This document shows, piece by piece, positions 11,796 through 27,044 of a stretch of DNA of 64,000 nt. This DNA is from Eledone cirrhosa (Eukaryota). Position 1 is the first letter of the stretch, and every line of letters starts with the position of its first letter. Made by a program: the position numbers and the translations under genes. Under the pieces are notes generated by a model. It worked only from the letters and a program-made list of their open reading frames with translations, had not been told where the DNA came from and ran no database searches. The stretch is from positions 336,536,001-336,600,000 of the forward strand of contig OZ024742.1 of the NCBI GenBank assembly GCA_964016885.1, in the 5' to 3' direction.

Positions 11796-12863
11796 ATATA
11801 TGGGATTACATCATTTCTTTTCGTGGTTCTGTCCATATTGGGTTTCTGCCTGGAAACCCTTCCTCAAGTGAGAGGCCCAACCAACATCACACGGCAATGC
11901 AATGGGGAGACTCGTGAAAGCCTCGAAGTGATGCAATCCCATGACGCGTTGAACGTCATTGATGTCATCTGTACCATCTTCTTCACACTGGAGTTAATAG
12001 CTCGCTTTATATTTGCACCGCAGAAGTTGAAGTTCGTACGTTCTCTGATGAATATCATAGACCTCCTGGCCCTCGTGCCACTCTATGTGCAAGTCATTCT
12101 ACATTCAACTGATCCTGAATTCTGTTATTTAAATGAACGACTAGTAATGGAAATTATGTTTATTTTGCGTATCATACGCATGTTTCGTATTTTCCACCTT
12201 GTCAAACATTATCAAGCGCTAAAAATTTTAGTTTACGCAATGAAAGCAAGCATTCAAGAGCTGCTTATGTTAGCTATATTTATGATTATTGCTATGCTTG
12301 TATTTGCTACAATGATATATTATGCAGAACGCAAAGATGCAACGAACGCTAGTGATGTGTTCAACACAATCCCCATGGGATTTTGGTGGGCGATCATCAC
12401 CATGACAACAGTCGGTTACGGAGACGTTTATCCGTCCTCCACTATCGGCTACATTGTCGGTGCCGGCTGCGCACTCAGTGGAGTGCTGCTAGTCGCCCTC
12501 ACCATTCCCGTCATATCGAACAATTTCACTCTATTTTACACACACGTCAGGTCGCGCTCCAGCGAACGCCGGGTAAGTCGCACATTCCAAGGTGGATCCG
12601 AGATTCTCGAACACCACGATCCCACCAATAACTTTGATCGTCGCTCGTCCAATTCGTCTGTTATTCTGGAGACCTTCATGAACGGCACTGTGGCTGTTCA
12701 CAAGATGAACAACCCGCTCTATGCGACAATACCTTATGCCGACCGTACATCTATCTCAGACAATGGAATGGATGACGACTTTGACTCTGAGCGAACCATC
12801 AGCAGAAATGGTTCTGTCCGAACTCTAGATCTAACAGAGCCCAGAGCTGAAACACATTTATGA
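11796..12863 (+). CDS. Exon encoding S1-S6 and C-terminus of a Shaw/Kv3-like voltage-gated K+ channel; T1-domain exon(s) not seen in the window
   Basis: Polypyrimidine tract plus CAG acceptor ending 11795 (phase 0); FCLET, FFTLE, NIIDLLA, S4 RIIRMFRIFHLVKH, MIYYAER, IPMGFWWAIITMTTVGYGD, VISNNF; TGA at 12861. Confidence 0.93.
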   Translation: MYGITSFLFVVLSILGFCLETLPQVRGPTNITRQCNGETRESLEVMQSHDALNVIDVICTIFFTLELIARFIFAPQKLKFVRSLMNIIDLLALVPLYVQVILHSTDPEFCYLNERLVMEIMFILRIIRMFRIFHLVKHYQALKILVYAMKASIQELLMLAIFMIIAMLVFATMIYYAERKDATNASDVFNTIPMGFWWAIITMTTVGYGDVYPSSTIGYIVGAGCALSGVLLVALTIPVISNNFTLFYTHVRSRSSERRVSRTFQGGSEILEHHDPTNNFDRRSSNSSVILETFMNGTVAVHKMNNPLYATIPYADRTSISDNGMDDDFDSERTISRNGSVRTLDLTEPRAETHL

Positions 12864-13265
12864 TATATAAAATTTAAATACACAACACAAAAGCATACAA
12901 AATCACACAAACCAACAGGAGAAACTAACATAATATGTACAAAAATATTTAAAAAATGTACGGTAACAATTTTAAAATGTGAAATAAATAACAATGGTAA
13001 AAAATAACAACAAAAAGACAACAAAAACAAACAATGGAAAAAGAAAGGCAAGAAGAGGCGAGAGGAGATGAATCAAATAAACATTTTACAGGAAAAGTAA
13101 AGAATATCAAAAATAAAAAAAATAGAAAGAAAGAAATGTGTACATATCTGTGAGCGTGTTTGTGTTTAGTGTGTGATGGACATATGTGTGTGAGCAACGG
13201 ATAGGGTGAGAGTAGATGTGTGGCTCTTAGATAATTGATGTTCTATCAATGGTATGAAGATGGTG

Positions 13266-13296
<31 letters not shown>

Positions 13297-13636
13297 TTAT
13301 TTATTTATTTATATGTGTATATATATATATTTATATATATATATATATGTATGCATATGTGATTTAAAAACAAAGCAAACATGATAATAATAACAATATT
13401 AATAATAATAAATAATAATAATAATGACCACCGTATATATCCAAGTACACGTGTGATGACATATATATATATATAATATATATAATTGTATGTGAGTAGG
13501 GAATGGGGTTATTTCTCCATATCTACAGGTTCTGTGCGATCGACTTGGCAGTCAACCGTGGTCGTGAGAGAGTGTAAAGAAATAAAAATATGGTAGTTTA
13601 TATATTTAGATATTTTCTGATATAACATGTATGCAT

Positions 13637-13739
<103 letters not shown>

Positions 13740-13886
13740 CCACAGACAGTTATACTTTATGAAATTTTAAAATTATATAAATACATATATATATTAATGG
13801 ATGGTTAACCTCACATATTTTTCTCCGTGCAACATGAAAGCAACTCAAATGTTCCAGGTTTCAACTCCAGACAGAATATATATAAT

Positions 13887-13975
<89 letters not shown>

Positions 13976-14425
13976 GTACATATATATTGGCAGTACCCCC
14001 ACGATGGTCACAACCCATGGACATGGAACAAGTAAGAGAGTAAAATAGTATAACGAAAGTTTATTTTTGAAATATACAGAAGAGCCAAAACAAATAGTAA
14101 AATCAAATAACAAAGAAATTTCTCCCTCTTATGTTAAGCAACGTATCTCTTCAGATACGTCCGGCAGACATGATGATTCAAAGCATTGCCACGAAGAAGA
14201 GCCGGTGATATCCGCTGCATCAGCCAGTTTACTCGACGGAGCTGCTTCCTCAGTCACAACGTCCCTCATATTTATTTGTGTGGAGGAGAGCGGTAATACA
14301 GAGATCAATAATACCGGAGATCAACGGTGATGATTCAAAAACATCCGGCGTGAAATGGAAGCTGGTGCATCAATGGAAGGCAAATATCCATCTAATAATG
14401 CTCCTCATTATAAATGTACATGATT

Positions 14426-14612
14426 AGGGCGGTGAATTGCAGTATCGGTAGGGGATCGGACGCCATGCTTTGCAGCATAGAGGTAGTTACGGTCTAAGTT
14501 CAAGTCCTGCCGAGGTTAACTTTGCCTTTCATCCTTACGGGGTCGATAAAATAAAGTACCAGTAATGAACTGGTGTAATTTCTGGCCTTGTGCCAAAAGT
14601 AGATACAGTTAT
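14426..14612 (+). mobile_element. tRNA-derived SINE
   Basis: Same family; TSD AATGTACATGATT. Confidence 0.85.
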
Positions 14613-15039
14613 TAATGTACATGATTGAAAAATCGATCGCACGACATAGGTACGAGAAAATGATGCTGTTTGCTCACATAAAGTTGTAACAATACACATT
14701 TCTAACATAGGTGTCTAGAGCACTATTTGTTTTGTACGAAATAACAATCATAGACAAGATATATATATATATATGACATGTGTATGAGTTTGAATTATAA
14801 GGATGTATACATTGTATATATTAATGTACATATATATACATATATATATATATTAAATATACATTCATATGTATATATGATGCATATATATTTATATATA
14901 TATATATACTTATATATGTGTGTGATTGTTGGCGTATTTATGAATATATATATACATGTATAATATATGAATGTATATATACGTGTATGTATCTATATAT
15001 GTATCATTTATATATTATATATGTATATATATATGTATG

Positions 15040-15073
<34 letters not shown>

Positions 15074-15084
15074 CAGTTATGTGC

Positions 15085-15166
<82 letters not shown>

Positions 15167-15783
15167 CCTACCATTGCAAGTATGACAATGACACATTATT
15201 TGTTTTTCTTTCGTTATATTTTTCAAAGTTTATCATCAAGTTTTTATTTTCTTTGCTTCACTATTTATTCTGACCTCAACTATTAGTAACACTGTGGCGC
15301 TGTTATACCAGCTTGCGTTTTTCAGTTTTTATTGTGCTGTTCAAACTGTACAAATAATGTAAGCTGATCTATCTAGTACTAAATCTATTTGATTATTTAA
15401 TCATTTATTTTTGTATACGTTTCGGGTTTGCATCGCCCATTGTCAATACGATAATACTTCGTTCTTAAAAACTCGGTGTAATGTTGAACAAGTACAAGAA
15501 AAAATGAAAATCTGCAAGTTACAACCCATCCCTCACCCGAACAAAAAAAAAAATAAAACTTGACGATAAACTACTTAAAATGTGTTGTAGTCATCTTTTC
15601 AATGGCGCCTACATCGAACAGTTATGATAGCCACTTGTGAATGTGGTTGTCTGTACATATATATACATTGTATGTATGTATGTATGTATATATATATATA
15701 TACATACATACATACAATGTATATATATATATGTATATACATATATATATCTATATATAGATAGATATATATATGTATGTGTG

Positions 15784-15863
<80 letters not shown>

Positions 15864-16177
15864 AACCCATTTCTATTCAAAATATATTTATCTTTGTAGT
15901 TGTTTATCTATTTATTTGCACACTACAACCAAGCTGCCATGAAAAAGTCAGGAAGCTTACATTTTTCTTTTTTCTCTCTTTCTCATCTAACCGTTCTCTC
16001 CCTCTCTCTATCTCTCTTTCTCTCTCTCTCTCTCACTTGCTCGCTCTCGCTCTCTCTTTCTCACTCACTCTCTCTCCGAGTATATGTGTGTGTATGTATT
16101 TATATATATATATATGTGTGTGTGTGCAGAGAGAGAGAGAGAAAGAGAAAGAGGGAAAGTTACATATATGCATAAAT

Positions 16178-16240
<63 letters not shown>

Positions 16241-16327
16241 TACCTTATCACTGAAAACCATTACAAGTCTTTCATTGTTCTGCTTGCTGTTTCCATATTT
16301 ATACATGTGATTATGTGTGTTTTTGCG

Positions 16328-16428
<101 letters not shown>

Positions 16429-16604
16429 ATTTATATATTTTACTCCTCCATTCATAAAAACATGGTGTTTATTTTTGTTTGTGCTCTTTAAAATATAATT
16501 CTTCATGTCTATGTCTATATATATGTGTGTGTGTGTGTGTGGGGGGGGGGGGTTATGTATGTATATATTTCTATTTATGTGTATGTATTATATATATATA
16601 TATA

Positions 16605-16997
16605 CTGGTTTTCGAGTACGGCCACTACTTTATATCCATGTAGGAAAACCTCTACCGATGCGCTGAACGAGTGACCTTTTAGTCCAGCCAGCGACTTGAA
16701 AACTCTGGTACAAACACTACACCTGTGACAATAAGTGACACATAGTGCTGGGCCCATGGTACCACGTGACGACAAGTGCAGAGAGATCTCCAGATATAAA
16801 GCAATGCCTGTGCCGTGAAGCTTTTATAGTGAGCAAAGGCACTGCACAAAGCCAGTCCCACTCTCTTAATCAAGATGATATTTACCAAAAAGAATAACAA
16901 GTCAACATCATTGGATACCATCAGGGTGGCAGGTGTTATATCAGAGGTTTCCTCCTCCTAGAATTCTGTCTTGACAAAGGCTAAGGGGTCATCTCTC

Positions 16998-16998
<1 letters not shown>
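16605..16998 (-). mobile_element. Non-autonomous RTE-derived retroelement
   Basis: Reverse complement of the 9178-9588 family. Confidence 0.85.
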
Positions 16999-17046
<48 letters not shown>

Positions 17047-17299
17047 CATACATATAAAAATAGATGTCTGTATGCGTGGTTGTGTTTGTGTAAGTCATAT
17101 ATTACCAAAACATCCGTCTATTCTCTGAGAAAATTATAGCAAAGTGGACCTTTTTTATGATCATTGATATTATTATTATTATTAGGATTATTATTATCAT
17201 CATCATCGTCATTATCATTGCTATTATTAATGTTATCCCATTATTTACATCATGTGATATTCTTATATGTTTTCTCCATATCTTTATGTATGTTGATAT

Positions 17300-18030
17300 C
17301 TATACATACATACATACTTACGTACCTACATACATGCATATATACATATATACATACATAGATGCACACATTCATACACATACATACATACATATATACA
17401 TACATAGATGCACACATATTCATACACATATATACATACGTACTTAATGCATGCATACATACTTACGTACGTACATACAAACATACACACATACATAGAT
17501 ACATACATACATACATACACACATACTTACGTACGTATATACATACAAACATACACACAGATATTCACATACATATATACATACATGCATACATAAATAT
17601 ATTTTATGAAGGACAACACATATGCCCTTTAGTTCATTCATACACATACATACATTCATACATTCATACATACATACATACATACATGCATTCATACATA
17701 CATACATACATACATACATACATACATACATACATACATACATACATGCATTCATACATTCATACATACATACATACATGCATTCATACATACATACATA
17801 CATACATACATACATACATACATACATACATACATACATACATACATACATACATACATACCTATCTACGTACATAAATACATACATACATCTATACATA
17901 CATACAAACATACATACATCTATACATACATACAAACATACATACATACATACATACATACATACATACATACGTACATAAATACATACATACATACAAA
18001 CATACATACATACATACATACTTACCTACC
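17300..18030. repeat. Degenerate (TACA)n microsatellite
   Basis: Direct reading. Confidence 0.95.
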
Positions 18031-18036
18031 TAGCTG

Positions 18037-18545
18037 ATGATGGCTGCCCCCTCGTTATCGAGTATGGCCATTGCACGATATACCATTATTAATAATTATT
18101 AATTAATTCTATCGTGCGGCGGTAAATTGGCAGTATCGGTAGAGGGTCGGACGCCATGTTTTCCAGCATAGTTACGTCCCTTTACGATCTGAGTTCAAAT
18201 CCCGCCGAGGTTGACTTTGCCTTTCATCCTTACGGGGTCGATAAAATAAAGTACCAGTAATGCACTGGGTAATTGCTGGCCTTGTGCCTAAAGTAGAAAT
18301 AATTAATTAATTCTATCGTGCAATGCCTGTGCGTGAAGATATTTTTTAAAGTGAGAAAAGAATGTGCACTGAGCCAGTCCCACTCTCTGAGCGACAGTAG
18401 CTATAACACGAAAAGAAGAAAAGATCAACATCATCGGTAACTACTAATCCGCAGGTTTTATGTCGGAGTTATCCCAGTTTCCTGAGTTGTCTTCTCCTAG
18501 AAGAATGCCCTGACAAAGGCTAGAGGTCCTTCACTCCCCGTGGTT
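18037..18545 (-). mobile_element. Second non-autonomous RTE-derived subfamily, interrupted by a SINE
   Basis: 3' end near-identical to the RTE LINE end at 3520-3560; body is a diverged homologue of the 9178 family. Confidence 0.75.
18117..18300 (+). mobile_element. tRNA-derived SINE nested in the RTE derivative
   Basis: TSD ATTAATTAATTCTATCGTGC on both sides. Confidence 0.9.
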
Positions 18546-18671
18546 TAACCTACTACCTACCTACCTACCTACTTACCTACCTACCTACATACATACATAC
18601 ATACATACATACCTATACATACATACCCATACATACATACATACATACATACCTACATTCATACATAAATA

Positions 18672-19070
18672 CATGGTGGCTGCCAACTCGTTTTCGAGTA
18701 CGGCCACTACTTTATATCCATGTAGGAAAACCTCTACCAATGTGCTGAACCAGTTTGACTTTTTAGTCCAGCCAGCGACTTGAAAACTCTGGTACAAACA
18801 CTACACTTGTGACAATTATTGACATATAGTGCTGGGCCCATGGTACCATGTGACAAGAAGTGCAGAGAGATCTCCAGATATAAAGCAATGCCTGTGTCGT
18901 GAAGCTTTTATAGTGAGCAAAGGCACTGCACAAAGCCAGTCCCACTCTCTTAACCAAGATGATATTTACCAAAAAGAAGAACAAGTCAACATCATTGGAT
19001 ACCATCAGGGTGGCAGGTGTTATATCAGTTTTCCTTCTCCTAGAATTCTGCCTTGACAAAGTCATCTCTC
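18672..19070 (-). mobile_element. Non-autonomous RTE-derived retroelement
   Basis: Same family; flanked by (TACA)n on both sides. Confidence 0.85.
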
Positions 19071-20337
19071 CGTACATACATACATACATACATACATACA
19101 TACATACATACATACATACATACATACATACATACATACATACATACATACATACATACACATACATACATACTACAGACCTATACATACATTGACATTT
19201 TTTATATATATTTATATTTTTGACCTCTCCATTCATGCAAACGTTTGTTTGTTTGTTTGCTGGGTTTTTGTTTGTACTTTTTTTAAATATATTTCTTCAT
19301 TTGAGTAAACTCTTTTACTCACTCTCACTTATAAACCTTCACTTCACCTATTAACTCTCTCACTCACTCGCTAACGCCTTTAATTACTCACACACACATA
19401 TACACTCTTACTCTCTTTCTCTCTGCCCCGCCACTCTCACTCACTCTCTCCACTCTCATATACTTTTTTTTTTTTTTTTTTTTTTGAAAAGTAAAATATA
19501 ACGTGATATTATTTGATCGAGTTTCTCAGCCTCATCTTATGTGTTGTCCACTTCTATGTACTTATCTATGTATTTATATATATATATATATATATATACA
19601 TTTTATGTATCTACATATGTGTGTATGTACACATTTATGTGTACTTATGTATGTATATATTTATTTATGTAATCATGTACATATTTATGTATGTACGTTT
19701 TACGTATGTAAGTACCTATATATCTATGTATGCGTTATTTTCGTTACAGTTTTTGTTGTTATTGTTGTCTTATTTTTTTAAACGCAAATTCTTTCGTCCG
19801 GTCGAACATTCAATGGTCTTCGGGTGGATGCCATCTCTCTTATATATTATAAAAGCTGGTACGACATTGTAGACAAGAAAGTCTAAAATGTGGAGGGAGA
19901 GAGAAGAGAAAGAGAGATGGCCTGTTAAGCAAACTACAAGAAACTAAATTAATTAATTTAAGAAAATAACTAAGAACATTTGAGAATGCAGAACATTGAT
20001 AGTGTTGGCTGTGATATTATTGGGTGGTAAATTGGTTGAACGGTAGGGCCTCCGGCAAAGTGCCTGAACCTATTCAAATACACTACTTTACATTCTGCGT
20101 TTGAATTGCAATTGGGTTAAATTCTCCATCCGGGACTGATTTAAAAATTAAAATTACCAGTAATATACTAGAGTCAATTCAATCAGCTATACCCGCCACA
20201 TATGACAATGTGCATATATGATATATAATTATGAAGTATCAGTAACATATCGGGGGTCTATATAATCGACTATGCCCCCCCCCCCTCCATCCTTTGGCTT
20301 TGTGCCTACGTATGAAATTACTACTGTTATTATTATA

Positions 20338-20536
20338 CAGGGTGATGGATTGGCAGAATCGTTAGAGCGTCAAACAAAATGCCTTGCGTATTTATGGATT
20401 TTTTTTTTCTGAGTTCAAATCCCGCCGAGATCAACTTTGCCTTTCATCCTTACGGGGTCGATAAAATAAAGTACTGGGTCGATTTAATCGACTTTCGCCA
20501 TCCCTAAAATTGCTGGCCATGTGCCTATACTAGAAA

Positions 20537-20590
<54 letters not shown>
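20338..20590 (+). mobile_element. tRNA-derived SINE with (ATT)n tail
   Basis: A and B boxes, core, (ATT)n tail. Confidence 0.8.
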
Positions 20591-20591
<1 letters not shown>

Positions 20592-21367
20592 GCACATACA
20601 CACATCCGATTACATCATTGGCTACAAATAATTTTGCAAACTTCGGGCCTTATAAACATTTGGCTCTACAACAGGACATGGAGCACTTTTCTCATTGACC
20701 ATTACACTATACATAAATACGTACGCATATAAGATGGAGATACGATAGGGTGAGTGACAAACAAGGTATCTTTCGATTCAGTACTCTGCACTTAAGGTAA
20801 GAATCCTTATATATATTGCTAGGAATTTTGAGGACCCCGTTATGTTTATTTCTTTACGATTTGAGCTGAAGTTACGCCAATGAACGGCTCTGTCTGTCAT
20901 CATTCAAGACTCCAGGTATTATGACTCTCTCCGCTCTATATCTAAATCCCACCGAGGTCAACCTTCCTTTTCATCCTTCCGGAGTCGAGAAAAGTATTAG
21001 TTCAGGGCGACGAGTATGATGTAATTGTTAGAAGGAGCGTTGGATGTGATGCCGTGCGGTGTTTGCGTTTCGCGTTCTTAGGTGAAAGAACTCATCCGTC
21101 GCCAGTTTTAACGCCTAGTCCTATGGTGCCTTCAGCGGAATTCACTCTGTTGAAAGCTTTTGAGTTAGGTCCCTGATTCAAGGATATCTGCTCCCATCCC
21201 ATTCTCCCCACCAGTCTCGGAGGCCTTGACTTAACCATACACGTACTGAAGTCGATACAATTGGCCAGGGAAATATCTGGCCTTGTGCCTATCAACCCTA
21301 AAAATCCTTGTGCCCGCATAAATCGACTTCACCCAACTCTAAAATATCTGGTATTTCGTCAATTTTT

Positions 21368-21740
21368 AGGTGAATTGGCAGTATCGGTAGCCATGCTTTC
21401 TAGCATAGTTACGTCCCTTTACAGTCTGAGTTCAAATCCCGCCGAGGTTAACTTTGCCTTTCATCCTTACGGGGTCGATAAAATAAAGAACCAGTAATGC
21501 ACTGGGTAATTGCTGGCCTTGTGCCTAAAGTAGAAACAATTATTATTGCTATTGTTATAAAAGGGCTGTGGATTGGCAGAAGTGGTAGAGGGTCGGACGC
21601 CATGCTTTGACGTATAGAGTTACGGCCCTTGCCATTCTGAGTTCAAATCCCGCCAAGGTTAACTTTGCCTTTCAAAGTACCAGTAATACACTGGGTAATT
21701 GCTGGCCTTGTGCCAAAAGTAGAAACAATTATTATTGTTA
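21368..21740 (+). mobile_element. Two tandem tRNA-derived SINEs
   Basis: Copies at ~21368-21545 and ~21562-21735, each with a small deletion. Confidence 0.85.
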
Positions 21741-22212
21741 TTGTTTCTTTTGCTTCTATCGTCATAATATTATCAGATCAGACTAAACGGGTGGACCCAA
21801 TGACCCAGTTGGTATGGGCCTAAGATTTTGAGGTGACCCATTTGCGTCGAATTCTCGTTCTTTTATTTTGATCTGTTTCTTGTAAGTACTTTAAGTAAAT
21901 GTATATACCCGTAATCCTTACTTAAATCATGTATATTTAGCACTGATTATTAAAATGTTTAATGATCAGTTTGAAAGAAAACAGCATTTCACACTACCTG
22001 GGCATACCACCAGATTTGAGGAGAAGGGAGGTTACGTTTTACGTCTGACCTAAGCCTATTACCACCTTTAGAGATGAGGTAGTTATATTCTACATCTGAC
22101 ACTGCAAGAGCTTCATCATAAGCACCGTCCTCTTCGTCGTCGCTTTATTTGGTTGTAAATTTGGAAGAGACATGGAGTCTGGGCAGTATACTAGTTAAGT
22201 AGAATATGTAAG

Positions 22213-22256
<44 letters not shown>

Positions 22257-22307
22257 TATAAGTGGATACATAGATATAAACACATAAATATCTACATACA
22301 CACACAC

Positions 22308-22356
<49 letters not shown>

Positions 22357-22570
22357 CTGCAAGTCTAAAGAGAAACAGAGCTCTGAAATGCTAGATGTGT
22401 AGATTAAAATGGCTGCCATTGTAGCATCAACATGTGATGAGAAAATTTTTTTAAATATCCCCTGGAACTGACAAAGTAACCCCTTTGCAACTTTGTCCGG
22501 TGGGACAACGTGGCATCTAAGGGTATGTACATCAGAGAAACAGAAGGAAAAGACGTGATAGCCTTTCTGT

Positions 22571-22639
<69 letters not shown>

Positions 22640-23089
22640 ATAATGTATATGTGTGTATAAATATATATGTGTGTATACATAGATGTGTGTATATATATGT
22701 GTGTGTGTATATGTATATATAGAGAGAGAGATAGAGAGAACAAAAATCAGTATTGCATCATATACATATTTCATTAGATATTACATATGTTTCACTGCCG
22801 ATCAGCTCGAATTATGTTCGTTCCTGACTCTGGAATGTAAAGGTCATCAGATATGTGCTTTCACATGTAGACTCACGTCGAAATGTTGCTGAATTGTTAG
22901 ACACCCGAGTTGTTATTATGGGTTGCCACAGACTTTGTTAGAAGAAATATGTCATCGTCGATTTTATCATGCTAAATTGTGTTTGGTGAAACCCCTGGTG
23001 TAGGCAACCTAGAATTCAGCAACGTTTACTGTCACTCCTTATTCAGGATGGTATACTACAGATGCCGTTCATGCGCGACGGCCTGTCAA

Positions 23090-23533
<444 letters not shown>

Positions 23534-23722
23534 AAGAAATGGTTTATTTTCAAAGGTTCATTTATTCAGTGCGCCTTAGAAATGTTTCAATACACCAGAA
23601 ATGTTCAATGTTTGTTTACCTTGGAGATCCACTTTATACGTTTCGCTTTTCCAAGTGTCATCATTTTCCATTGGATTTTAGTTGTCTATGCAATCGGGAA
23701 CTTCTGAAAAAGGAAGTCACAT

Positions 23723-23875
<153 letters not shown>

Positions 23876-23924
23876 GCATATATATATATATATGTGTGTA
23901 TGTATGTATGTATATATATATATA

Positions 23925-24374
23925 TTCTCTTCATCGTCGCCGTGAGCGCTACATTATCTGTATGATGTGGAAAATATTGCATCAGCTTAGCTCAAATGAT
24001 GTTGGATTCACCTTTAGTGTACACCCAAGGCTTGGGCCCCGTGCTTTCCGCCCACGACAAAAATCCCACTCGCATCACATAACAACAATACGGCACAATT
24101 ATTTCACCTCAATTGGCCCTGCACTCTATAACATTACACCAAAACACATTAAAACAGAAACAGACCCCATCAAGTTCAAGAAGTCTTTGCATAAATTCCT
24201 TCAAGAAATCCCGGATAAGCCTCCTACACCCGGATATGCCTCCGTAAACAATAACTCTCTGCTCGAGTGGGCCATGGTGCCCAAACACTGATTTGTAAGA
24301 CTTCGCCAGGTGGTGCTATTAAGTTAGACATGGACTGGGCCAATACTGGCCGAAACCTATCAAAGTTATCAAAG

Positions 24375-24376
<2 letters not shown>
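23925..24376 (+). mobile_element. 3' fragment of a CR1/Jockey-group LINE
   Basis: [11 protein letters not shown]...GPALYN...[16 protein letters not shown]...NNSL; short repeated tail AAAGTTATC; flanked by (TA)n. Confidence 0.7.
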
Positions 24377-24472
<96 letters not shown>

Positions 24473-24829
24473 ATATATTCATATGAATATATATATATAT
24501 ATATATTCATATGAATATATATACACACACACACATATTAGCTGAAATCATGAAATCTAGTCAAAACTGTTTCAGGGTAGTTAGATAGTTAAGGTGCAAC
24601 AGGAGAAAATGAGTGAAGACATGCGAAAACATGTTTGGTGAGGTTTGGTGTTGGCCTTCGCAGATGATATAGCAGAATATTGAGGTAGTATTATTCGTTG
24701 TTTGTATGCCGTATTGCGGGTTTTGTCGCAATCTTTTGATGGACTTTGAGCGTCAAACATACACAAACCGATCTTAAACCAGTGATAATGTTAATGAAAT
24801 CGATTTTGAGTATCCTCATGATGTAATTG

Positions 24830-24991
24830 GCAATGATGGTGATAATGATGACGATGGTGATGATGATAACGATGACGGTGATGATACTGATAATGATGAT
24901 AAGAATGAAGATGATAAAAATGATGATGGTCATTACGATCATGATCATGATGGTCATAAGGATGATGATGCCGAAGACGACGAAGATGGGG

Positions 24992-25051
<60 letters not shown>

Positions 25052-25070
25052 AACAATAATAATAATATTT
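24830..25070. repeat. (GAT)n/(ATT)n low-complexity repeat
   Basis: Direct reading. Confidence 0.9.
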
Positions 25071-26154
25071 GGGAGGGCAGAATCAATCAAAAATGCCTTG
25101 CGATATTGTGGTCCACCCTTCTACGCCACTATTATTTGGCAGAATCCTTATAGCGTCAGTCAGCATGCCTTGCATTGTTTTGGCACTTTCCGTTCTGAGT
25201 TCAAATTCCAACGGTGCTGACCTTCACTTTCAGAACTTAAGGTATCTATGAAATAAACTACCAATTATGTAATGGCGGTTGATTGAATTGACTATATCTT
25301 CTCCAAAAGACTTATTTGTGGTTGTATGTTTATGTTAGAAATCATTATTGTTGTTGTTGTTGTTACTATTAATACTATCACGTGTTAATCACTGAAGACT
25401 AGGTTTTCGGATTGATTGTACCACATTCCTGGCCATATATCATTTCAGGACTCTTCCCTCCAGGTCTTGTTTTGTTTGTCAAATTTGCTGTGAAATAAAA
25501 TTAAGCCGATACCTTCAATATGAGGGGGGATAAAACTAAAAGGACATTAGTTTGTTTTTTGTTTGTTTGTTTTTTTGCTCTTTTTAGATACTAAAAAAAA
25601 ATTCGTTGCGAGTGAGAGGTGACAAATATTGTTATAGTCGGGCGTTAAACATTGGAGGACATGAAAGAAGCCGTCTAAACAATGAACTGAATATGACGCC
25701 GATTATGATGATGATGGTGATGATGATGCCGATGTTGACAATGATTTTGATAATGGTTATGACAACGATGATGATAATCATCATCATGGCTATGATGACA
25801 TCGATGTTTGATGATGCTAACGTGGATAATTATGATAATAATGAGAATTAAGATCAAGGAGATGATGATAACGACTTTGATGATGATGACGATGATGATT
25901 AATAGCGGTGGGGCTGCTGCTGATGTTCATGATAATAACGACAACAACAATAAGATTCCTATATATCTTATTTACTGTTCAATAATGCGACCAGTGGTCT
26001 AGATTAGAGCTATTGTAACCATGTAACTACCAACCATTTCGATAACGATTAATGTCACGCATGCGTGATAAGTAGGTTATGTGAAGGTCATGCATCAGTT
26101 GTTCTCAGTGAAGTTGATTGATGTATTATATTTATTTGATTGTTTTGCACACAC

Positions 26155-26206
<52 letters not shown>

Positions 26207-26238
26207 CAGTCTGTGTATCTATCTGTCTATATATATAC

Positions 26239-26267
<29 letters not shown>

Positions 26268-26271
<4 letters not shown>

Positions 26272-26775
26272 AAATTGAGGTTGGTAATGGCACATGGAAT
26301 ATATAAGAGACAGAATACTTTTTTGTGAAAAAACATAATTTTATAAGGTAAGGAAATAATAAAGGGTATAAAAAATGACCGGTTTCGATGGGTCTGCAAA
26401 GGCCATCTTTTCAAATGTTGATTAATATTAAGAAAAATTAATAATACGAAGAGTTAAAATTTGAGACTTGAAAATTCAAGTATAAAATTCATTGTGGGAT
26501 TTCATAGCAGTTTTCATCTAGGTAGCAACAACAGGTTGACTGCTATGTCCCTTTCTGGTAGTGAATGAGAAGTTATTTGGGGTGTGGGTTATTTTATAAA
26601 GGTCAGATTTAGCAATCACCAACTGGCCAGCTGCTGGTCAGTGAGGGGGTGGAAGCAATATACATACACATATCTTCCTGTGATGGGTAGGAGAGTGGAG
26701 CGTGATAGAAAGGGATTTAGTGCACTTACATCTATATATACACACATACCTTCATCCACACATACATACATATAC

Positions 26776-26818
<43 letters not shown>

Positions 26819-26893
26819 CACACATACATACACACACACATACATATACATACACACATACACACACACACATATATACACATACACACACAC

Positions 26894-26926
<33 letters not shown>

Positions 26927-26967
26927 TATATATATACATACACATACATCCAGATACACACATACAT

Positions 26968-27044
<77 letters not shown>

